DNA from: a virus
IMG/VR virus record: IMGVR_UViG_3300043419_000898
Location: 18,498-82,497 of that record
Length of the DNA stretch: 64,000 nucleotides
Reading direction: 5' to 3' (one strand)
The stretch's first letter is position 1, and the number at the start of each line of letters is the position of its first letter. The notes under the pieces were generated by a model that was not told the DNA's origin, did no database searches, and saw only the letters and a program-made list of their open reading frames with translations. The position numbers were made by a program, and so were the translations under genes. Below are positions 57,702 through 64,000 of the stretch, piece by piece.

Positions 57702-57960
57702 TTTGGTTCCCTTAGTAGATTAGGTTGCTTCCTACCTACACCATAATAATAGCATAGTGGTAGACAAAGTGCAAGGTGTATTTTTAGTATTTACTTATTA
57801 GTTGTTTGTATTTGATTCAGCAACTAACTCTTACAGGATTGACCAGTAGTCAACAGTCCTGCTACACTCAACTGCTAGGTGGTTCTCCAGCTACCTAAGC
57901 ATCATAACAACTACCAACCAAGTGGGGAAGGGGCACTAGATGGTGCCCCTTTTTAGTTGT

Positions 57961-58230
57961 CTACTTGACTTCGTTGTAAACCTTGTAGACTTCACCACCG
58001 TGGTTATAGAGAAACTTACAGATGATGTGGAGATTTGTTGCACTCCACCTATCCGCACGATTCATGCTATCCATTAGGTCATTTCGTAGGACTGCATCCA
58101 AGAAACCACCCAACATCAAAATGGTGCGGTACTGCACAAAGCGTTCGAACGCTTCGATGTAGGAACCGATGCAAGCGTACTCATTACGGGTTTCTTCGCT
58201 GATGTTCAGCGGGTTAGTAGTGTTTTCCAT
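57961..58230 (-). CDS. MENTT-leader cassette protein
   Basis: ATGGAAAACACTAC; GGFL.AVL.NDL.....RAD. Confidence 0.7.
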   Translation of the reverse strand: MENTTNPLNISEETRNEYACIGSYIEAFERFVQYRTILMLGGFLDAVLRNDLMDSMNRADRWSATNLHIICKFLYNHGGEVYKVYNEVK

Positions 58231-58460
58231 ACCTAATAGTATCATAGTTGACAAAGTCTGCCAGCATCCTAGGACATTTATTTTCAGGCAGAAGTTGACA
58301 GGCTCGGAGCCTACCTATCAGTCCTGCCAATGTGACTTCTGGTCACCATGATGACTATCCGTCACATCCACACACAACAAAAAAACCTAGGCTTTCACCT
58401 AGGCTTTGCACATTGCAGGGCGTGAGTCTCCGCCCCCCCCCCTCCCCGCCGTGGAGCCTC

Positions 58461-58724
58461 CTACAGTTCAAGTACCGTGTAGGAATACTCCTCCTCATTG
58501 TCAAGCCGTACGGTGAGCGACACATCGCCGTATACGGCACCCTCAAAGAGGATTTCGTATGTCATGCCATACCGTGAAAGGTACTCGTGCACAGATGATG
58601 CCAATTCATCGTATGTGTTAGAGTCTACGGAGCCGACAACCTTGAGTGGTTGACCTTCTCCAACTTCACCGGGAACGCCTTCGAAGATTTCGATTACTAG
58701 GAATCGTGATGTAGTGTTTTCCAT
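58461..58724 (-). CDS. MENTT-leader cassette protein
   Basis: ATGGAAAACACTAC leaderless start. Confidence 0.7.
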   Translation of the reverse strand: MENTTSRFLVIEIFEGVPGEVGEGQPLKVVGSVDSNTYDELASSVHEYLSRYGMTYEILFEGAVYGDVSLTVRLDNEEEYSYTVLEL

Positions 58725-58862
58725 ACCTATATATTATCACACTTTGTCAATGTGCCAAGAACTATTTTAGTTGATTATTCACTGTACAGCGATAACAGGA
58801 TATTCAGTGAATAAGGCATCCTGTAAGGAGGTAAAAGAAAAGGAGCCTTTCGGCTCCTCCTC

Positions 58863-59126
58863 TTATCCTACGACTTCGCTGATTTGGTCAGCATAGCACC
58901 AACGCATACCGTTGCACGGTACATCTATCGGCTTGATGGTAAAGATAGCGAGCTCTTGGCTCAGGTCAACCTTATTGACCGTTTGACCATACTTGATACG
59001 CTGGTTGCCAGTGGCTTCGATTTCTACCACGACTGCACGGCTGGCTGGCTCCATGCCAAAGCAACCGCTCCACATAACGATGTCGCCGATTTTGACCATT
59101 CGGCTGATGGTAGTAGTGTTTTCCAT
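58863..59126 (-). CDS. MENTT-leader cassette protein
   Basis: ATGGAAAACACTAC leaderless start. Confidence 0.7.
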   Translation of the reverse strand: MENTTTISRMVKIGDIVMWSGCFGMEPASRAVVVEIEATGNQRIKYGQTVNKVDLSQELAIFTIKPIDVPCNGMRWCYADQISEVVG

Positions 59127-59214
59127 GCCTATATCTTACACCACTTTGTATACTATGTCAAGCGCATTTTGTTGTTTATTTTAGACAGCTCTGATTTCCT
59201 GTGATAGTTCAAAT

Positions 59215-59420
59215 AGGGAAAGAGGAGGCAGATTGCTCTGCCTCCTCTTCAGTCGGGAACCAACCGACAATCGTTTGCCGAGCTGCGATGCTCTAGGCTT
59301 ATAAAGGTTATATCGTATAGGCTCATATTTGCCAAATCTAGAGGCTAAAAGATAGGAGGCTAACTATGAGCGGATTAGCCTCCTATAGAGTCCCTACGGA
59401 AACACCACCAACCGTAGGGA
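59215..59420 (-). ncRNA. Candidate small-RNA locus: two antisense-loop hairpins, each followed by a terminator
   Basis: TCCCTACGG-TTGGTGGTGTTT-CCGTAGGGA (59391-59420) + terminator 59352-59386; GTCGG-TTGGTTC-CCGAC (59252-59268) + terminator 59220-59249. Confidence 0.5.
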
Positions 59421-59429
59421 CATTGCATA

Positions 59430-59705
59430 CTAGCGTTTGGCTAGTAAGTCTGCGTACCCGACAATCATCGTGTCGATGTACGGGTCATTGCAGATTTCAT
59501 CAACAATGACATCGTCGGTGTTCTCTTGTACAGCGACTCCGAACCAGTGGCGAAGTTCGCTGATTTGTACAGCGGTAAGGTCTTCGACTGCTGTATTTAC
59601 CAAGTCGATACCCAACTCATTCTTGATACCTTCAAGGTGAGTTTCCGTCAATGTTCCGTGCATCTGGAAGTTGATGCTAACGCTTCCCGTGAGTGTAAAC
59701 TCCAT
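59430..59705 (-). CDS. Hypothetical cassette protein
   Basis: Leader carries both GGGAACC and GGAAAAACACT. Confidence 0.65.
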   Translation of the reverse strand: MEFTLTGSVSINFQMHGTLTETHLEGIKNELGIDLVNTAVEDLTAVQISELRHWFGVAVQENTDDVIVDEICNDPYIDTMIVGYADLLAKR

Positions 59706-59906
59706 AGTGTTTTTCCGGTTCCCTATCTGTAGGCTAGGCTTGTTCCTTCCTACACAACTAATATACCCTATACGGTAGACAATGTCAAGAAAATAGACAA
59801 ACTATTTTTAGTTGCATAGTCAACAATCTACAACGGCTGACAGGTGAGACTAGTAGTCACTAAGCCTGTAGCAAGCCAAAAAAAGGAGCCTTTCGGCTCC
59901 TATCCA

Positions 59907-60176
59907 CTACCCTTCCTCTCCTTCCTCTTCGTCCTTCTCCCGGTCTTCGTTGATGTGCTGTACCACCTCATGCCAATTCACGGAGGCGATGTGCTGATTT
60001 ACGAGCCATTGAGCGTACTCGCTTTCAGAGGTGCCTATCCACTCCGCTACCAATTCCTCCGCCGTCTCCCGCTCCATGTCGGCTTTGGCTTCGCTTGCCA
60101 CCTCAATTAGAGCATCGCCAAAGGCGAGCATAACGTGCCAAGTGTCCCAGTTCGTCCATCCGTTGTATCCACTCAT
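59907..60176 (-). CDS. Acidic cassette protein (YNGW.N..TW family)
   Basis: Structured leader; paralogue of 57438..57701. Confidence 0.7.
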   Translation of the reverse strand: MSGYNGWTNWDTWHVMLAFGDALIEVASEAKADMERETAEELVAEWIGTSESEYAQWLVNQHIASVNWHEVVQHINEDREKDEEEGEEG

Positions 60177-60379
60177 TGTCGGTTCCCTCAGTAGGCTAGG
60201 CTTGCTTCCTTCCTACATCATTAATATACATCATAGGTTGACAATGTGCAAGCGAATTGCCAAAAATAAATGAAGAATGTTTGTTGACAAATCAACAAGC
60301 TGGAACGGCTTTACAGGCTTAGAAGGTAAGCAGCTCTCCTGCCATCAAGCAAAAGAAAAGGAGCCTTTCGGCTCCATCT

Positions 60380-60592
60380 CTACTCCTTGTTGAAGTCCTT
60401 CGCTACTTCACTCCAGAGAGCGTCGTGTTTGGTAATGAACTTGTAGTATTCATCCCGTAGCAACCGGATGAGCTCGGTTTTGTCTACCTTTTCATCGTAC
60501 TCTACGTCATTCAAGACACGTGCAACGTTGAATGCGTGCTTTACGGCGATGTCCGCTTTGCGGGCTTCATACTTCTCTGTAGTGTTTTCCAT
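60380..60592 (-). CDS. MENTT-leader cassette protein
   Basis: ATGGAAAACACTAC leaderless start. Confidence 0.7.
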   Translation of the reverse strand: MENTTEKYEARKADIAVKHAFNVARVLNDVEYDEKVDKTELIRLLRDEYYKFITKHDALWSEVAKDFNKE

Positions 60593-60635
60593 GTCTATAT
60601 CTTACCTTTACTTTGTCAATGTGTCAAGTCTTTTT

Positions 60636-60890
60636 TCAACTATTTTGAAAATAAGTCTCATAAGTGTCTTTGTGACCCGTTGCCTTTTCATACAAGTCAT
60701 CCGACCGCTTTGTGTAGCGGTTCCATGTGGCAACAAGAGCGTCAAGCATCTCATCCCGTTGGATTTCCTTGTTTACGGACGCTCTGCACAGCAAGAGGTA
60801 CATTTCGCCTACGGCATCCACAGCGATGTTTTCACGCTCTGCTGTGTACTCTGCCATTGTCAACGGTTGGGTTTGTGTAGTGTTTTCCAT
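60636..60890 (-). CDS. MENTT-leader cassette protein
   Basis: ATGGAAAACACTAC leaderless start. Confidence 0.7.
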   Translation of the reverse strand: MENTTQTQPLTMAEYTAERENIAVDAVGEMYLLLCRASVNKEIQRDEMLDALVATWNRYTKRSDDLYEKATGHKDTYETYFQNS

Positions 60891-61060
60891 GTCTATATCT
60901 TACAGTACTTTGTATACCATGTCAAGAAGTTTTTCAAGTATTTTCAAAGCACTTTTAGCAGGAGTTGCTACCAGCATACTAACCTGCCATCAAGCAACCA
61001 AGAGAGCCGGGACGCTGAAGACATCCCGGCTCTCTCTATCACCGCACCACCGGTGACTTC

Positions 61061-61399
61061 CTATATCTTGAAAGCCATTGAAAGTTCCATGCATTTCCGG
61101 CTTGACTCATTGAGTTCAACGTTTCCGTTGAAGTGTGCCGGTTGGCTCTTGGTGATAGTCCATTGCTGGAGTCTCCCATTTGCCTTGCTCTCAGCCTCTA
61201 CGGTTACCGTACGACCGTAATTCGACTCTACGTGACCGTATGCGATGTGTCCGTTTTCGAAGGCGTATCGGCTCGCATATCCCACCATGTCAACATGCCA
61301 CGCTACATCAACATCCATGATGTCGATGATTTGAGGCGTCGGGTACTCGCTCGTGGTGAGCATGAAGACAACTTTCGTTGTTAGTGTAGTGTTTTCCAT
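61061..61399 (-). CDS. MENTT-leader cassette protein
   Basis: ATGGAAAACACTAC leaderless start. Confidence 0.7.
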   Translation of the reverse strand: MENTTLTTKVVFMLTTSEYPTPQIIDIMDVDVAWHVDMVGYASRYAFENGHIAYGHVESNYGRTVTVEAESKANGRLQQWTITKSQPAHFNGNVELNESSRKCMELSMAFKI

Positions 61400-61567
61400 G
61401 TCTATATCTTACAGCACATTGTCAACGTTGTCAAGAAAATAGTTAGTTGATTAGTCAAGTAGATATCTTGCAGATATCTTTGCACAGCTGCCAGAAGTTT
61501 TACAGGCTCAGTAGGTAGTAGCCAAGCCTGTAGCCAGCAACAAAAAAGGAGCCTTTCGGCTCCCTTC

Positions 61568-61903
61568 TCAGAATGACCAGTCGTAGTAGTAGTCCCTACT
61601 GCCGAAGCGAACGATGCGGAAGTTCGTTCCCTTGACCTTCCATTTGCCATCCTTCCGGAAGGTGACTACCACCTTGTGTCCGTTTGGATTTGGCTCGACT
61701 ACCCAGCTCTGGTGCCCGAAGTCAACATTCTCCGCTGCCTTGACGCTATCCCGTTGAAGCGTGACAGTCTTACCAGACTTCGAAACTTCGACTACCGTGT
61801 AGACTTCACGGTCTGTGTAACAGTACTCCGTTGCACCATCGCCGACCTCTGGTGTCTTGCATCCGACACGCTCTACCAACCGATTGATTAGACTTCCTTG
61901 CAT
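61568..61903 (-). CDS. Hypothetical cassette protein
   Basis: GAGGGAACCAATATG; P.VG.GAT....DR..YTV..V...G.R.YYYD.SF. Confidence 0.7.
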   Translation of the reverse strand: MQGSLINRLVERVGCKTPEVGDGATEYCYTDREVYTVVEVSKSGKTVTLQRDSVKAAENVDFGHQSWVVEPNPNGHKVVVTFRKDGKWKVKGTNFRIVRFGSRDYYYDWSF

Positions 61904-62139
61904 ATTGGTTCCCTCTTCCTTACACAACTAATATATCCTACTTTGTCAACGGTGTCAAGAAAATAGTTGAAGTATTTTCAGCCGACGGATTTCACAGGAG
62001 TAGACGGGATGTGACTTTCCGTCACCTGACTGGTGACTATCCGTCACATGAAAGGCAAAAAGAAAACCACACAACCGTTAGGCTACGTGGTTTGCACAAT
62101 GCAGGTATGCGGACTTCGCACCCCCCCTCAGCCGGACGC

Positions 62140-62388
62140 CTACACCCCTTCGGTGTAAGCATCACATTCGACAAGGATTTTGTCGATGATGTATGCGGCT
62201 TGGAAGACATCGACGCTATGGTCGCTATCCGCTTCCAGTTCTGCGATGCAAGGTCCACCCTCAAGGTGGTTAGCAGAACATGCGTTGTGCCCTTCACAGC
62301 AAGAGTAGAACATGTACTCTGGTACTTGCTCATAGATGTGGAAACGGATGTACTCAGCGGTGCCGTAGGTAACTTGTGTAGTGTTCAT
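62140..62388 (-). CDS. Hypothetical cassette protein, leaderless
   Basis: ATGAACACTAC start after promoter. Confidence 0.65.
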   Translation of the reverse strand: MNTTQVTYGTAEYIRFHIYEQVPEYMFYSCCEGHNACSANHLEGGPCIAELEADSDHSVDVFQAAYIIDKILVECDAYTEGV

Positions 62389-62569
62389 GCCTATATATTA
62401 CAGCACTTTGTCAACGTTGTCAAGTAGTTTTTTGTTGTTTGTTTATTATTCTTACAACCAAGTACTGGAGAAGTATTACAGGATAGATGCTTAGGTATCT
62501 GACCTGTAATCATGGGTAAAAAGATGCCTTTCGGCATCTGTAAGACAAAAGGAGCCTTTCGGCTCCTCC

Positions 62570-63046
62570 TTACTCAAACGCTGGTGTCTTGTACAGCGTG
62601 TTGATTCGCTGCCACCAGTCTAGGACTCGGTACGTCCACCACTGAGGGTCACAGATAACCTTGAGGTCATCCGGCTCGTTGGCACTGAAGTTGATTTGAG
62701 CCTTGCGAGCGAGTAGGCTACCTTCCTCCAGCTGACTACCCCATACGGTGTCGTAGAACGCCTTACGGAGGCTTTCCTCCGAGTAGTTGACGTCTACCAG
62801 CATCTGGCTTGCCACGGAGTAATCGGTGACACCGTGCTCCTTTTCAAGGGCGTCCACTGCCGTGTTGAACAACTTCTGTCCTAACTTGTGCAAGTCGAAC
62901 AAGATGTCTTTGTTGGTTGCACCGTCGATGAACAACCCATTGAGTGCGAGATAACTCAGCATCTCAAAACAGTCGCTTTCGAAGGCGGCAAGCTCTGGAT
63001 TTTCCATAGCCCAGCGGATACGTGCGTGTTTTTCTTCGTTCGTCAT
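62570..63046 (-). CDS. Hypothetical protein
   Basis: AGGGGAACT RBS. Confidence 0.65.
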   Translation of the reverse strand: MTNEEKHARIRWAMENPELAAFESDCFEMLSYLALNGLFIDGATNKDILFDLHKLGQKLFNTAVDALEKEHGVTDYSVASQMLVDVNYSEESLRKAFYDTVWGSQLEEGSLLARKAQINFSANEPDDLKVICDPQWWTYRVLDWWQRINTLYKTPAFE

Positions 63047-63047
63047 T

Positions 63048-63338
63048 CTAGTTCCCCTCTCCTACAATCAGAAGCCCTATGGCTTCACCCTTCACCCAGC
63101 CACCCTCTGGTACGTCAACAACGATTTTGTTGTCGTAAATGATGAACTGGACATCGTCCACGCTATCGCAATCGTGCAATAGCAGATTGTTGAATTCCCA
63201 GACTTCGTAGAATTCATCGGCATACTTTGTAGCGGTGCCATTCAGACTAGCACGGTCACGGATTACTAGACTCTTGCCCTCAGTCTTGAGGTGTCGCTCA
63301 ACTCGCTTCAGATACTCGGTCAGTTCGTATTTATACAT
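63048..63338 (-). CDS. Hypothetical cassette protein
   Basis: AGGGAACCACGATG. Confidence 0.65.
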   Translation of the reverse strand: MYKYELTEYLKRVERHLKTEGKSLVIRDRASLNGTATKYADEFYEVWEFNNLLLHDCDSVDDVQFIIYDNKIVVDVPEGGWVKGEAIGLLIVGEGN

Positions 63339-63398
63339 CGTGGTTCCCTTCCTACATCAATACTATACACTATACATGATACTTTGTCAAGTACTATT

Positions 63399-63629
63399 TT
63401 AACTATTTTCAAGCACACGGAACATGATTTCTCCGCCCCATCCGTCATCGAAGACAATGGTCAAGTCGTCTTCGTCTGGCTCACAAACGATGTTCTCAGC
63501 GTTGCCACCAATAAGGTTGACCATGTAGAACTTGGCAAGGCGTGTCAACCGTGCGGCATCCATGCCTTCAGTGCGAGAGGTAACTACCTCTGTGTCGATG
63601 TCCGTTCCCGATATCTCAACTTGTGTCAT
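63399..63629 (-). CDS. Hypothetical cassette protein
   Basis: AGGGAACCAAAGATG. Confidence 0.65.
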   Translation of the reverse strand: MTQVEISGTDIDTEVVTSRTEGMDAARLTRLAKFYMVNLIGGNAENIVCEPDEDDLTIVFDDGWGGEIMFRVLENS

Positions 63630-63685
63630 CTTTGGTTCCCTTCCTACACCACTATGTTACAACCTATCCCGTACTTTGTCAACAC

Positions 63686-63952
63686 CTATTTTACAATAAA
63701 TGTGACTTCGATAAGTTGTGGCACCGTCATCTCCCAGAGCATCCTTCCCTTGACGGTATATACCCCATCCTTGAGGGTGATACCGTCGAACTGGTACCCC
63801 TTTATGCTCGATGTACGGAGCAAGCTACGAACGCCGTAGACGTTCACAAAAGAATTAATGTCGATAAGGCTCTGAGCCGTTGACGTCTTGAAGTTGACGA
63901 CTTTGTAACGACTCTGGTCTCTTGTTAGGTCGTCTAGTATCTTTGCACTCAT
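63686..63952 (-). CDS. Hypothetical cassette protein
   Basis: AGGGGAACCGACATG. Confidence 0.65.
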   Translation of the reverse strand: MSAKILDDLTRDQSRYKVVNFKTSTAQSLIDINSFVNVYGVRSLLRTSSIKGYQFDGITLKDGVYTVKGRMLWEMTVPQLIEVTFIVK

Positions 63953-64000
63953 GTCGGTTCCCCTTGTGTAGACTCAGGGGGGGAAAGGTTGCGTCAATCC

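Larger units (their letters stand above)
44854..60296. promoter_or_regulatory. About 16 GTTG-N6-CAAC palindromes (e.g. GTTGCATAATCAAC)
   Basis: Intergenic, mostly just upstream of cassette promoters. Confidence 0.8.
44819..62047. promoter_or_regulatory. About 23 dispersed GTGAC-N5-GTCAC palindromes
   Basis: Counted by eye; all intergenic; four in tandem at 52296-52362. Confidence 0.85.
46440..62507. repeat. 29 dispersed RCAGG-N20-CCTGY elements
   Basis: Each gap counted as exactly 20 nt; about one per inter-cassette spacer. Confidence 0.9.

Noticed and set aside
44819-62047. CRP or FNR boxes
   Set aside because: The TGTGA..TCACA spacing here is 7 rather than 6, and TTG-N6-CAA is shorter than the FNR TTGAT-N4-ATCAA box
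46440-62507. CRISPR or TIGR-type guide array reading of the CAGG-N20-CCTG elements
   Set aside because: Units are hundreds of bp apart and separated by genes, the constant part is only 5+5 nt, spacers resemble each other, and no cas or Nop-domain gene is recognisable in the window
43924-64000. Integron-like cassette array (GTT...AAC resembles attC core sites)
   Set aside because: No tyrosine integrase seen, the order and long imperfect inverted repeat of attC are absent, and cassettes carry their own promoters

Overview
A 64 kb segment of a tailed dsDNA phage (Caudoviricetes, HK97-type head); no integrase or host genes are recognisable. There are four regions. (1) 1-21.3 kb, minus strand: portal, MuF-like protein, prohead protease, major capsid, neck genes and three membrane/holin genes, then a tandem array of at least 7 paralogous ~600-aa beta-helix (tailspike-like) genes punctuated by a small repeated partner protein. 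(2) 21.4-34 kb: ParB-like protein, terminase, nuclease, ThyX, VRR-NUC, SSAP, SSB, MT-A70 methylase and YqaJ exonuclease. (3) 34-43.9 kb, plus strand: small genes including about 17 DUF2829/Tad2-like paralogues, a tRNA(CAU) and HTH regulators. (4) 43.9-64 kb, minus strand: about 40 tiny genes in repeated promoter-ORF-terminator cassettes. The spacers between cassettes carry several recurrent motifs, most strikingly 29 copies of RCAGG-N20-CCTGY with an invariant 20-nt gap. The cassette genes share two standardised start-region sequences (AGGGAACC..ATG and leaderless ATGGAAAACACTAC), and three hairpins in the array display loops antisense to those sequences. All counts were made by eye, and family assignments are from motif recognition, not database searches.
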